Origin: a virus
DNA length: 64,000 nucleotides
Virus record (IMG/VR): IMGVR_UViG_3300036823_000117
Location: 32,001 to 96,000 of that record
Strand: one strand, 5' to 3'
The notes under the pieces are model-generated. The model ran no database searches. It was not told the DNA's origin and was given only the letters and a program-made list of their open reading frames with translations. A program made the position numbers and the translations under genes. Positions 8,691 to 18,945 of the stretch are shown here, piece after piece (position 1 is the stretch's first letter; each line of letters opens with the position of its first letter).

Positions 8691-9084
8691 ACATTTAAGG
8701 CGCTTCCCGCATTCCCTGCCTTATCACCCACCTGCCCAGCTAGCACATGCCTGGCCATTCCCTCACTGTGCATACCGCAGCGAATGCGGACAGGTCACCT
8801 GGTCACGAGCTGGACATTCCCCCGCATAGGGGAGGGTGCATTCCTCCTATCCCACCCCATCATGCATGTGTGCATATCCACATGGGATCGGACATTGACA
8901 CCAAGCATCAATGCGACATGTCCGGGAATCAGGCCCATCCCACAACGGGGCGTACCCGGACAGGTCCCCACCCCCACATATCCCCCCCCACCCCCCCAAA
9001 CCGGCACGGGGTCACCCCCGGCGTATCCCTCTTGTCTGTGTATCCGATTTCCAAGACCATGTTTCCGTTTTGAGGGGGTTTGCC

Positions 9085-9567
9085 GTGCCGGGTCGTCCGA
9101 GGCGTCGTGTTGGGCCGCCTGCGGTGAGGGGCGGGAATGGTTCGTGGGATCAGTTCGCTCCGGGTAATTCGGCTGCGCTGGTTCACGGGGCTCGGAGCGA
9201 GGCGGTGTTTTCCCCGGTGGCTGAGGCGATCGCGGCGGAGGCGTGCGGGTCGGCGCCGGAGTACTTGTCGGACAGGTCGTTCCGGTTTGCGTTGCGGTCG
9301 TGGGCGGAGGCTGAGGCGCAGCTGCTGTTGTATGAGTCGTGGATGGAGCAGCTGCCGCAGAATGCGCGGTACAGCGCGAAGGGGGCGCAGGCTCCTCCGG
9401 TTGATCAGTGGCGGAAGCTGTCGGCTCATGCTGCGAATCTGCGGAAGCCGCTGGGCCTGGATCCGGTGTCCAGGGTGCGGATCGGGCAGTCGCTGGCCTC
9501 CCAGAACGTGGACCTGGCGCGGCTGGCGATGATGGAGTTCGGTGACGACGGCGAGGCCGAGGATTAG
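9085..9567 (+). CDS. Terminase small subunit
   Basis: FAPGNSAALVHGARS motif; LGLDPVSR; first gene of the virion module; GTG after GAGGGGG. Confidence 0.7.
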   Translation: MPGRPRRRVGPPAVRGGNGSWDQFAPGNSAALVHGARSEAVFSPVAEAIAAEACGSAPEYLSDRSFRFALRSWAEAEAQLLLYESWMEQLPQNARYSAKGAQAPPVDQWRKLSAHAANLRKPLGLDPVSRVRIGQSLASQNVDLARLAMMEFGDDGEAED

Positions 9568-9896
9568 GGTCTGAGCCAGGCGACGGCGCGGCGCCACCGT
9601 GGGGCCTGCGCGCGGGTGCGCTGTTCGTACGCGGCCTGGTACTCGGCGGTGTGCGTCTGGAGGTAGTCCTCGAGGTGGCGCTGGTCCTCGTCTTCGGGGC
9701 GGCTGTCGAGGAATTCGCGGAGCGCCCGGCCGGTCGTGACGCCGTACCGGCGCTGCAGGTGGCCGCACAGGGTGTCGTCGAGGTAGAACTTCCGGCTTCG
9801 CGCGTAGAGGTTCCGGCGGCCGTCGGGGAGGAACTCGGGGCCGAGGCATCCTGGCTGCCAGCAGTCGGTGACCATGTCCGGGCAGTTGATGCACAT
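9564..9896 (-). CDS. Hypothetical protein
   Basis: Member of the antisense cassette between TerS and TerL. Confidence 0.55.
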   Translation of the reverse strand: MCINCPDMVTDCWQPGCLGPEFLPDGRRNLYARSRKFYLDDTLCGHLQRRYGVTTGRALREFLDSRPEDEDQRHLEDYLQTHTAEYQAAYEQRTRAQAPRWRRAVAWLRP

Positions 9897-9899
9897 GGC

Positions 9900-10202
9900 T
9901 TACCTCGGCGCCGTGACGTTGAGGGTGGCTGCGCGGACGGGCATGCGGGTCATCTGCTGGATGCACAGGTCGAGGTCGTCGATGGCGAGGCCGGCGGTGG
10001 CACGGTAATGGCCGGCGTGACGCTCGAGGTCGGCCCAGGTGATCAGGTCCGGGATGCGGGCGCCCATGTCGCGGGCCATCCTGGTCGTGTAGCTGGCGAG
10101 GCGGGCGTCGGCGGTGACGATGGTGAGCTGCTCCGCGGCGGCGTACGCGATGAGCTCGGTGGTCTTGCCCGTGCCCCTGGCACCGGAGATGACGACGTCC
10201 AT
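9900..10202 (-). CDS. Miniature P-loop protein
   Basis: VVISGARGTGKTT and LAIDD. Confidence 0.65.
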   Translation of the reverse strand: MDVVISGARGTGKTTELIAYAAAEQLTIVTADARLASYTTRMARDMGARIPDLITWADLERHAGHYRATAGLAIDDLDLCIQQMTRMPVRAATLNVTAPR

Positions 10203-10669
10203 CACGCGGCCGGCGCGACGGGGACGGTGACCTCCAGGACGGTTTCCCCGAACCGCCCGGGGGTCGTGGTCTCGCCGGGCAGGGCCAGCATGACGCACCC
10301 GGCGTCCAGGGTGGCGATGGCCAGCTGCTCCCGCGCCCGTTTCCTCGCGTGCTCCAGGACCCCGGCCATCGCCCCGTTCGCGTACTCCGACACGGTCGCG
10401 GTGCACTGCACCGCGCGGGCCCGGGCAATCGCGGCGCCCTCGACAACTTCCATGACGAGGGGGCCGCGGCCCGGGGCCACTTCCAGCCGGAACTCCGGCG
10501 GGCCGCTGAACAGGGACGTGACCGGCTGCTGGTAACTCCGCGGGTAACACGCCGGCTGGTAGCTCACGTCGAACTGCGCGGCGGCCGGGTGGTCGCAGGA
10601 CACCCGGCGGACCATCCCGTCGGAGTACTCCGCGACCACGCAGATCCGGGTCACGTACGCCGTGCTCAT
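10202..10669 (-). CDS. Hypothetical protein
   Basis: Stop/start coupled to its neighbours. Confidence 0.5.
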   Translation of the reverse strand: MSTAYVTRICVVAEYSDGMVRRVSCDHPAAAQFDVSYQPACYPRSYQQPVTSLFSGPPEFRLEVAPGRGPLVMEVVEGAAIARARAVQCTATVSEYANGAMAGVLEHARKRAREQLAIATLDAGCVMLALPGETTTPGRFGETVLEVTVPVAPAA

Positions 10670-10947
10670 CAGAGCCGGCCCGGGGCCTGGCACGTCTTGA
10701 GATGCGCCGCGGCTTCCTCGAGCGCGGTCAGCAGCGACTGGAAGCTGATGGTGTACTCCCCGTCAGCGGAGTGCTCCCACGGGGTCATCGCCACCGTCCA
10801 CTCCGTCGCGCAGGGCGCATGCTGAACCCTGGCATCGAGGGCCTCGATTGTGCCCTGCTGCGTTGTCTCCACCGTGTTCTTCTCGGCTCCGAGCGAGAAC
10901 TCGTGCATGAAGGCCAGGGCCAGCTCATTGATCTGCGGCGTTGTCAC
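10669..10947 (-). CDS. Hypothetical protein
   Basis: GGGAGG RBS. Confidence 0.5.
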   Translation of the reverse strand: MTTPQINELALAFMHEFSLGAEKNTVETTQQGTIEALDARVQHAPCATEWTVAMTPWEHSADGEYTISFQSLLTALEEAAAHLKTCQAPGRL

Positions 10948-10979
10948 CCTCCCATTGTCTTGCCTGGAGGTGACCGGAG

Positions 10980-12491
10980 TTGGCGCTTCCCGCCGGCCGT
11001 GAGCTGCTCCGCGCCCTCGCCGACCCGGTCAGGTTCGCCCAGGTGCTGTGCGGCGCCGAGCTGTGGGACCACCAGATCGCCGTGGCCCGGTCGAGCGCAA
11101 GGTACCGGATCATCTGCTCGGGAAGGCAGGCAGGGAAGTCGCGGCTCCTCGCGATCCTGGCGCTTTTCCAGGGTTTCACGAAGCCCGGGTCGCTGACCCT
11201 GGTGGTGTCCGCGGGGGAAACGGCGGCGAAGAGGCTGCTCGAGGAAATCGCTACCCTGGCGTCCGCGGAAATTCTTGCGCCCAGTGTGGTTGAGGACAAC
11301 CAGACAATCCTGGTATTGTCCAATGGGTCGAGGATTATGTCCGTGCCCGCCTCTCAGAAGCAGATCCGAGGCTGGCCCGTTGACCTTTTGATCCTGGATG
11401 AGGCCGGTTTCATCGAGAATGATATCTGGCGTGCGGCCGAGCCGGCGATCATCGCCCGGCCTGGTTCCCGGGTCATCCTGTGCTCCAGCCCCTGGGGCGG
11501 CGTCGAGGCGTTCTTCCGCCAGCTGTGGCAGCGGGGCATGGATTCCCCCGATGCGATGTACGAGTCGTGGCACTGGCCGTCGTCGATCTCGCCGATGGTC
11601 GACGACAAGCTTCTCGAGGAAATCCGCAAGCGGGAAACCGCCGACTACTTCACCCGGGAGTTCCTCGCCGAGTGGCAGGACGAGTACGGCGCGTACCTGA
11701 CCGAGGAGGAAATCTCCTCCGCGGCGGCCGGGTACCGGCTCGCGTCGCCGCAGATGGTGTCCGGGTGGTCGCCGTGGGATCCCTACTCGCAGCGGAAAGA
11801 GCGTCCCTACACTGCGGTGTCCGGCGTCGACTGGGCGTTCTCCAGGGACGCGAACGCCCAGGTGCTCATGGCGGCCCTGGACGACGGGAACCTCAACCCG
11901 GGCGGCGAGCTCCGGTATTTCGTCCCGTGGATGGAATACGCGTACAAGACCCCGTACTCGAAATGGGTCACCACCGTCGCGGACACCGCGAAGGGCTACG
12001 GGCTGCGGGTCGTCGCGTCCGAGGCCAACGGCGTCGGGGCAGCTCCCACCCAGAGCCTCCAGGACGAGATGGGCCGCCGGGCGTCGGGGTGCTTCGTCGC
12101 CGCAGTGTGGACCGACGCGCGGCGGAAGATGTCGGGCTTCGGCCAGATCAAGATGATGCTGCAGCAGGGCCTCCTGGTGCTGCCCCGCGAGCCGGAGCTC
12201 CTCAAGCAGCTCCGCAGCCTGGAGTTCGAGAACCTGCCCGGCGGCGGTGTCCGCATCGCCGTCCCCGAGCGCGCCGGCCACGACGACCTCGCGATGGCGC
12301 TGATGCAGGCCGTGTCGTGCATCCGGCCGACGACCCGCGGCGAAGGCGAGATACCCGACCGCGGCGCCCTGCCCCACGACACCACCGGGTCCGGGGTGAA
12401 GGTCCCGCTGCAGCCCCGCCCGGTGCAGTGGCACTCAATGTCGTACGCCGCCCCGGCGGGCCGGGAACGCGAGCCTGCATCCGCGTGGTGA
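10980..12491 (+). CDS. Terminase large subunit
   Basis: Walker A SGRQAGKS, Walker B LLILDEA, nuclease motifs GVDWA and HDDLAMAL. Confidence 0.93.
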   Translation: MALPAGRELLRALADPVRFAQVLCGAELWDHQIAVARSSARYRIICSGRQAGKSRLLAILALFQGFTKPGSLTLVVSAGETAAKRLLEEIATLASAEILAPSVVEDNQTILVLSNGSRIMSVPASQKQIRGWPVDLLILDEAGFIENDIWRAAEPAIIARPGSRVILCSSPWGGVEAFFRQLWQRGMDSPDAMYESWHWPSSISPMVDDKLLEEIRKRETADYFTREFLAEWQDEYGAYLTEEEISSAAAGYRLASPQMVSGWSPWDPYSQRKERPYTAVSGVDWAFSRDANAQVLMAALDDGNLNPGGELRYFVPWMEYAYKTPYSKWVTTVADTAKGYGLRVVASEANGVGAAPTQSLQDEMGRRASGCFVAAVWTDARRKMSGFGQIKMMLQQGLLVLPREPELLKQLRSLEFENLPGGGVRIAVPERAGHDDLAMALMQAVSCIRPTTRGEGEIPDRGALPHDTTGSGVKVPLQPRPVQWHSMSYAAPAGREREPASAW

Positions 12492-12539
12492 CCAGGCGAT
12501 AACATTGCGTCATGTCCGCTCGCTGGTACCTGGCGTTCC

Positions 12540-13412
12540 TTGCGTGCTACGCGACTGCCGCCGTTCCCCTGTGGTTCCTCGCCGGCTTCCGGCACTGGAA
12601 CCGGTACCTGGCCGCCGCTGCCGTGGCCGGCTGGGCTGTCGCGTCGTCGTGCGCCGCCGACCGCATCGTTCGCGGCGGCCGCCGTGGGTGACACCATCTG
12701 GCTCCGCGGCGAGTCCGGCGTGATCTTCACCTTGGACCAGGCCGCGGTCACCGACCACTGGTACCGGAGGATCACGGGCCCGCGGCCCGGGCTCACCCAG
12801 GTCAAAGAGGACGGGTCGCCGTGGACCGGGCCGCCGGTCTCGCCGCCCGTCCCGTCGTGGTCTCCTTCGGCGCGGTCCGCGCTGAGCCCCTCCCGGCCCG
12901 GCTGGGGGCCCGAGGAGGTCCCGCTCGAGGACCCGGATGACGAGCCCGTCCTCACCCTTGACACCCTCCGCGGGTACCGGTCGTGGGCGGAGTGGGAGCA
13001 CGGCACGTGGGTGATGCGATCTCATGACCGGTTCCCGTGGCCGCCCGGCGAGTGGGCGCAGGCGCGTTGCAAGGCCTGCGAGACAGCTGGCCGGCCCGTC
13101 CCGGTATGGGGGAAGTGCCGGACCTACGGATACGGGTGCGGCTTGTATGCGGCGTCGACCCCTGAGATCGGGGTCCGCGGCGGCGTCTGGGGCGTCCTGG
13201 AGGCCAAGGGGCGGATCGTGTCCCACGGGTACGGGTTCCGCGCGCAGTACGCGCGCCCGGTTGCGCTTGCCCGCCCGGATCAGCCCGGGTTCCGCGGCGA
13301 GCCCGACCTTGCCGAGCTTCGGCAGGCCGCGAGGGGCATCGCCCGGGCCTACGGCATCCCGCTCCTGCCAGCCGAGCAGCTCGAGGCGGAGTACCCTCCG
13401 GACACAGGCTGA
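12540..13412 (+). CDS. Cys-containing hypothetical protein (start uncertain)
   Basis: GYRSW...CGLYA...GRIVSHGYGFRAQYARP motifs. Confidence 0.6.
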   Translation: MRATRLPPFPCGSSPASGTGTGTWPPLPWPAGLSRRRAPPTASFAAAAVGDTIWLRGESGVIFTLDQAAVTDHWYRRITGPRPGLTQVKEDGSPWTGPPVSPPVPSWSPSARSALSPSRPGWGPEEVPLEDPDDEPVLTLDTLRGYRSWAEWEHGTWVMRSHDRFPWPPGEWAQARCKACETAGRPVPVWGKCRTYGYGCGLYAASTPEIGVRGGVWGVLEAKGRIVSHGYGFRAQYARPVALARPDQPGFRGEPDLAELRQAARGIARAYGIPLLPAEQLEAEYPPDTG

Positions 13413-13427
13413 CCTGGGAGGGAACCT

Positions 13428-13556
13428 GTGGACATCGGCGAGCCCGAGAAGATCATCATCAGTGAGCCGGCGGACGAGCCGGCGACCGTGCAGGAACCTG
13501 AGCCGGCGTCTGCGCCTGCTGAGCCTGCGCCTGTCCTCGAGCCGGTCCCCGCGTAG
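13428..13556 (+). CDS. 42-aa Pro/Glu-rich peptide (absent from the ORF track)
   Basis: GGGAGG RBS; MDIGEPEKIIISEPADEP...EPVPA. Confidence 0.6.
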   Translation: MDIGEPEKIIISEPADEPATVQEPEPASAPAEPAPVLEPVPA

Positions 13557-13857
13557 ATGCCCGGCGAAGCGGACCCGGGCGGCGTCTACCGGGGAGCGCG
13601 CCGTGCTAGTCGCGTTCCTCGCTGCCGTCCACCCGGCGATTATCGGTGTTGACGAGGCCGAGCCGGACTGGCCGGTCATCTACGTCAGCACGCCGAACGG
13701 GCAGCTGTCCTGGCATCTCAGCAAGGATGACCTGGACCTGTTCCCGCACGTCCCGCAGACGACCGGCCTGCTCACCTGGGACGGGCACAGCACGGCGGAG
13801 AAGTACGAGCGGCTCAGGATGCTGACTGCCCGGCACGCCCTGACAAGCAAGCTATGA
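13557..13857 (+). pseudogene. WDGH-motif phage protein with an apparent +1 frameshift at GGGG 13591-13594
   Basis: MPGEADPGGVYR continues as ERAVLVAFL...GQLSWH...WDGHSTAEKYERL in another frame. Confidence 0.55.
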
Positions 13858-14291
13858 CCGCCGTCCCCGTGATCAGCTGCGGGGAAGCCCGCGGCGCAGT
13901 CTGGTGCGCGACATGCCAGGAAGCATGGTCGGTACGCGTCCCCCTGTTCGCCGACGGGGTCCTCGCCGGCGAGTTCTCCTGCTGCCCCGGGTGCGGCACC
14001 TCCCACGCGGTCCCGTCCGCGAAGATCGAGGACGGCGACCAGCCGGCCGGCGCGACCGCGGCCGAAGGCCGCCGGGTCATGCTGCCCTTCCCGGCGCGGC
14101 TCCGCTCGGCGTGGCTGGCAGTCCGCGGCCGCGACGAGACACTGCCGGGCTGCGCGTACGGCGACTGCGGGCGCCGCGGGTCAAGCCGCTGGCAGTTCGC
14201 GCTGCCTGTAGATGACGGAACTTACAGGTACGCCTTCTGCCGGAAACGACATCGTGATCGGTGGGCGGCTGAGAACCAGTTCGTCAGTTAG
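13854..14291 (+). CDS. Cys-rich hypothetical protein
   Basis: Several CxxC pairs; ATGA overlap with the upstream stop. Confidence 0.55.
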   Translation: MTAVPVISCGEARGAVWCATCQEAWSVRVPLFADGVLAGEFSCCPGCGTSHAVPSAKIEDGDQPAGATAAEGRRVMLPFPARLRSAWLAVRGRDETLPGCAYGDCGRRGSSRWQFALPVDDGTYRYAFCRKRHRDRWAAENQFVS

Positions 14292-14613
14292 CGTCCCGGC
14301 GGCCGGCGTCCAGCTGATCGGCCCTATCTCGATGTGCGCCCACTGGCTGTGATCTTCCGGTGATGACCCGGGCGCCCCGAACGAGATCATCGAGCATCCT
14401 GCCCGGCACCTGTCGCACCGCAGGTCTTCCTGGGTGACCTGCGACTTGCAGGGGTGCCCTGTCCACCGGCCGCACTGGCAAGTCGGTCGCTTCAAAGCAC
14501 ATCCCCCTGGAATGACGGCGGATCCCGATAAGATGTTCTAGACAATGGTGGCCTGACGGTGGTGACACACCGCCAGGCCGTCCGCCGATCACCTGATCTC
14601 ACCAGGGACCGAC

Positions 14614-15396
14614 ATGGCCAAGAGTAAGTGCACCGCCCCCGGCTGCGAAAGAGTCGAGCAACTTCGGCGCGGCCTATGCAACAGGGACCGTCAGCGCCTC
14701 GCCCGGACCGGCTCCCTCGCCGACCCGGCGCCCATCACCGAGTGCGCCAAGGGCCACGAGTACACGCCCGAGAACACCTACACCGACCCGGCCGGCAAGC
14801 GGCACTGCCGCGAATGCGGCCGGGGAGTGAACAAGCGGTGGCGCGACAGGCGCGAGAAGGTGCCCTGCACGCTCTGCGCCCGGACCGCTGAGAAGCACGG
14901 GCTGTGCACGTCACACTTCCGGCGGCTGCAGGCGACAGGCAACCCGCTGAGCTCGGCTATCCGCGAGGCGAAACTAGACCCGGGGGAAAGACTCCGCCGC
15001 CGTCGCGCGGCTGTGCGGGCCTACGGTGCCGAACACGCCGTGGAACTGCTCGCCAAGCGGCAAGCGCTGCGCGAGGCCAACCCGGAACTGATCCGGGCCA
15101 TGGCTCGATCGCGGGCCGGGTTCTGGCGCGCAACCCATCCCGATGCCCTCCGCATCGACCGGCCGGCGGTCGACGCCGAGAAGGTTGACTACTCGGCGCT
15201 TCTTGACGAACACGGCATGGTCTGCCACATATGCGGCGGGGACATCGGCGGGTGGGGCGACCTGCACTTCGATCACGTCATCCCGATCGCCCGCGGCGGC
15301 GGCCACACCGCGGAGAACGTCCGGCCAGCGCACGCGCTGTGCAATCAGCGCAAGAAAGACAAGCTCATGTCCGAGCTGGGAGACATCGCCAGCTAG
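14614..15396 (+). CDS. HNH endonuclease with Zn-finger repeats
   Basis: CHICG...HFDHVIPIARGGGHTAENVRPAHALCN; CAKGHEYTPENTY...HCREC. Confidence 0.9.
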   Translation: MAKSKCTAPGCERVEQLRRGLCNRDRQRLARTGSLADPAPITECAKGHEYTPENTYTDPAGKRHCRECGRGVNKRWRDRREKVPCTLCARTAEKHGLCTSHFRRLQATGNPLSSAIREAKLDPGERLRRRRAAVRAYGAEHAVELLAKRQALREANPELIRAMARSRAGFWRATHPDALRIDRPAVDAEKVDYSALLDEHGMVCHICGGDIGGWGDLHFDHVIPIARGGGHTAENVRPAHALCNQRKKDKLMSELGDIAS

Positions 15397-15437
15397 ATGT
15401 CACCCCTTCTTGGGAGAGGGGGTGATGCAGGTTGGTT

Positions 15438-17185
15438 ATGGCATTTCAGATGCCCATGGCGGATAACCGGGCTCAGTCCGCTATTCCGCAGGCAAACGCA
15501 CCATGGCCACCGATGGACAGCGAGGCTATTTCATACCAGTATCGTATCTGGAGTGCGTGGTTGTCCGGAAGTGTGGATGAGCTGGCTTGGGTGTATTATA
15601 ACCTATTCCAGAATAGTCCGGTTGCGCGAGCATATTTCGCCACGACCGGCGAGCGCGGACTACCAGTCCCTCGGCCGGGTCAGTACCGTGGCGGGCTTCT
15701 GGGATCCATTAACCGATTACCAAACGCACATTCCATGGCCAGCCGGTGCCCCCTGGTGAAAAGAGGACAAGATACCACATTCCCCTGGCCGGCGACATCG
15801 CCGCCACCAGCGCTGACCTGCTGTTCTCCCGGTTCCCGAAAGTCGCCGCGAAGGACAAGGGCACGCAGACAGTCCTCGACCAGCTGCTCGACGACGGCGC
15901 GCACGCCACGTTCCTGGAAGCCGCGGAGATGTGCTCGGCCCTGGGCGGCGTGTTCTTGAGGACCGTGTGGGATACCGAGGTCAGCGACCGGCCGTGGATC
16001 GACCTGGTTGCCGCCGACGCCGCGGTCCCGAGGTTTTCGTACCGCAAGCTGGTCGGCGTCACCTTCTGGCGCATCCTGTCCGATGACGGCAAGGAAGTCG
16101 TCCGCCACCTCGAGACCCACGTGCCCGGCCAGAACCGGATCGTGCACGGCGTCTACAAGGGCGACCAGCAGGACCTTGGCCGGCAGTACGCCCTGACGGA
16201 CTTCCCGGAGACGCAGCAGTTCGCCCAGTACCTCACCGCGGGCGACTCGATTGAGTTCCCCGACCAGCCAAAAGACGCGTCGACCGTCACGTACATCCCG
16301 AACATGCTGCCGAACCGGATCTGGCGGCAGCTCGGGCCGCAGGCCGCGCCGCTGGGCCGGTCGGATTACTCGGGCTGCGAGACGCTCCTCGACGCGCTCG
16401 ACGAGACGTGGACGAGCTGGATGCGGGACATCCAGCTGGCCAAGGCCCGCCTGATCGTCCCGCAGGGCTACGTCGACAACATCGGCAGGGGCAAGGGCGG
16501 CGTTTTTGACCCTGACCGGCAGGTGTACGTCCCCGTTGCCAGCCTCGCCGGGTCCGGCGGGGCGAGCCAGGACATCATGGCGAACCAGTTCAAGATCCGG
16601 TACCTCGAGCACAAGCAGACCATCTCCGAGGCCATCTCCCAGGTGGTCCGCCGCGCCGGGTACTCAGTCGGCGACTTCGGCGAGGATGACAGTACCGTGG
16701 CGCTGACGGCCACGGAGATCGAGGCGCGGGAGCGCCGGTCCCTGATCACCAGGGACAAGAAGATCCTCTACTGGCGGCCCGCGACCCGGGACATCCTGTA
16801 CGGGCTCCTGTCGGTGCAGGCGTCCATGTTCGGCGACAAGTCGATTACCGTCGAGCGGCCCGACATCAACTGGACCGAGATCGTCCTGCCCGACAAGCTC
16901 GAGATCGCGCAGACTGCCGCGGCCCTCGCCGGCGCTGAGGCCGCCTCCAAGCAGACCCTCGTGCAGATGGTCCACCCCGACTGGACCACCGACCAGATCA
17001 ACGAGGAAGTCCAGCGGATCAACCTTGAGGTCGGCACCGAGCTCCTCACTCACGCCCGCATCGACCTCGCCGGAGTCATGGGCGAGCCTCTCGGGCAGCA
17101 GATCCAGGACATCGTCCAGCCAGTGTCCGTGCCGGATGTCCCGGCGCACGTACCGGGTGAGGACGTCGACATGGGAGGCCAGTAA
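15438..17185 (+). CDS. Portal protein (SPP1 gp6-like), split by a frame change at about 15710-15725
   Basis: N-terminal PWPP...YRIWSAW...GQYRGGLLG in one frame; PPGEKRTRYHIPLAGDIA, LGRSDYSG and LDETWTSWMRDI in the other. Confidence 0.85.
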
Positions 17186-17397
17186 TGCCAGATGCGAAGC
17201 AGCGGGCACGGGACGCGCTCGAGCACCTCAGGGCGTTCGAGCAGGGCGCGCTCGCCGACGTGAAGACCGAGCTCGCCAAGCTCGCGGGCCTGCTCCAGGG
17301 CAACGGCGACCCGGTCGCGGAGCCGGAGCCCGATGAGGCCCCGGCCGCGCCCGCGCCACCGGCTCCCGTCCCGCCGAAGCCGGCCGCCGGGTCCTGA
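17185..17397 (+). CDS. Hypothetical protein
   Basis: Overlaps the portal stop. Confidence 0.55.
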   Translation: MPDAKQRARDALEHLRAFEQGALADVKTELAKLAGLLQGNGDPVAEPEPDEAPAAPAPPAPVPPKPAAGS

Positions 17398-17398
17398 C

Positions 17399-17626
17399 AT
17401 GGCTAAGGCCACGATCAAGTCGCCCGGCAAGAAGCCAGTCACCTTCACCAAGGGCGGCCTGCACCAGTCCACCGGCACGCCGCAGGGCCAGAAGATCCCG
17501 GCCGCGAAGATGGCCGCCGCGGCGGCCGGGAAGCTCGGGCCGAAGGCCCAGAAACAGGCCGTCATGGCCAAGGGCATGCTGGCCGCCGGCCGGAAGACCG
17601 CGGCCTCCAACAGGAAGAAGGGATAG
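17399..17626 (+). CDS. Small basic phage protein
   Basis: KGGLHQSTGTPQGQKIPAAK motif. Confidence 0.65.
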   Translation: MAKATIKSPGKKPVTFTKGGLHQSTGTPQGQKIPAAKMAAAAAGKLGPKAQKQAVMAKGMLAAGRKTAASNRKKG

Positions 17627-17630
17627 CGCC

Positions 17631-17828
17631 ATGGCTATCGGAGCAAGCGGACCCGCCTCCCACGTCCCCACGACCTGCCCGGTTTCCGGTGCGGGTGCCC
17701 AGCCGGCCGCGGGCCGGGTCGGCGCGCACGTCTCGGGTTCCGGCACGATGCCGGGCACCGGGGCGAAGGCCAGTGCGCCGACGCCGCAGCACCCGGGCAA
17801 CACCCACCGGACGTCCGGGCTGAAGTGA
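17631..17828 (+). CDS. Small Gly/Ala/Pro-rich protein
   Basis: Tandem operon position. Confidence 0.5.
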   Translation: MAIGASGPASHVPTTCPVSGAGAQPAAGRVGAHVSGSGTMPGTGAKASAPTPQHPGNTHRTSGLK

Positions 17829-18115
17829 CCCAGCCCAACCGGCGGCAGCCGGCCGGCGCGCACGTCGCGTCGGCTGTCGCCGGCCAGGGGCCGCGGGACC
17901 TGTCCGCGACCCTGGAACGGCACCGGCAGCGCGAAGCGGGCCCGACGCAGCCGCCATCCGCACCGCAGGGCGGCTGGCCGAAGACCGCCGGCCGCGACCC
18001 CGACTCCCCCGTGGGCATCGAGCCGTCGACCCCGTTCACAGGTGACCCGCTGACCTCCGCGACGCCGTTCGCGTACACGTCAGGCAACCAGTCCCACCCG
18101 AACCCGAACTACTAG
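17825..18115 (+). CDS. Hypothetical protein
   Basis: GTGA overlap. Confidence 0.5.
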   Translation: MTQPNRRQPAGAHVASAVAGQGPRDLSATLERHRQREAGPTQPPSAPQGGWPKTAGRDPDSPVGIEPSTPFTGDPLTSATPFAYTSGNQSHPNPNY

Positions 18116-18125
18116 GAGCGCCGCC

Positions 18126-18590
18126 TTGCAGCCGTCTGTCGGTCGCGTGGTTCACTACGTCAGCTACGGGACGCCCGGCGGCGAGTACGGCAAGGAATGC
18201 CGGGCCGCGATCATCACCGAGGCAAAGGCTGACCTGGGCATGACCGACCGTGTCGGGCTCGCCGTGCTCAACCCGTCGGGGCTGTTCTTTGACCCCGGCG
18301 TCGTTTACCACGCAGGCGGCGAAACCGCGGGCACGCCCGGTTGCCCCGATGCGGCGTCGCACGGAAACCCGATGCGGTACTGCGCGTGCGGCTGGACCGA
18401 GGCCGCCTACGCGGGCGGGACCTGGCACTGGCCCGAGCGAACGGGCGACCAAGCGCCGCCGGTCACAGTCAGCTTCTCGGGGGCTGGCCCGCTGAGCGAG
18501 CAGATGATTGCCGGGATCAGGGACATCGTGGCCGCCGAATTGCGCAAGCACGGCGGCCACGAACTGGGCGCCCGCCCGCCTCGGTACTGA
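18126..18590 (+). CDS. Conserved actinophage protein
   Basis: PSVGRVVHYVSYGTPGGEY..CRAAIITE...GGTWHWPER. Confidence 0.75.
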   Translation: MQPSVGRVVHYVSYGTPGGEYGKECRAAIITEAKADLGMTDRVGLAVLNPSGLFFDPGVVYHAGGETAGTPGCPDAASHGNPMRYCACGWTEAAYAGGTWHWPERTGDQAPPVTVSFSGAGPLSEQMIAGIRDIVAAELRKHGGHELGARPPRY

Positions 18591-18681
18591 TGGACGACCT
18601 CACCTGCCGGGCCTGCCGCCGCGGCGACTGCGAGCGGTGCCAGGACCCGAACTGCACCTGTGACCACGGAGGAGACGACTG

Positions 18682-18945
18682 ATGGCCGCGCCTAAGAAGG
18701 ACGGCAAGTCCCGTGTCTCCCGCGCCGCGGCCGCGGCGAAGGCCCGCACTGACGGCGGCGCGGTGAACTCCAAGGCTGACCTGAAGGAGAACGTCGCTCG
18801 CGGCGCCGGCCCGACTGTTCCTGGCCGCAACAAGCCTGTCAGCCGGCCCGTGATGAAGCCCCCGGCGGTCAGCAAGCAGGGTGGCGGGACGATCGCGCAG
18901 CGCGCCAACGCCGTCGCGGCCCGCAGGGCGGCGACGGGGAAGTGA
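18682..18945 (+). CDS. Small basic protein
   Basis: GGAG RBS; K/R/A-rich. Confidence 0.55.
   Translation: MAAPKKDGKSRVSRAAAAAKARTDGGAVNSKADLKENVARGAGPTVPGRNKPVSRPVMKPPAVSKQGGGTIAQRANAVAARRAATGK

Noticed and set aside
13585-13600. Frameshift in the WDGH-motif gene as programmed recoding
   Set aside because: One extra G in a short homopolymer; sequencing error or decay is simpler.
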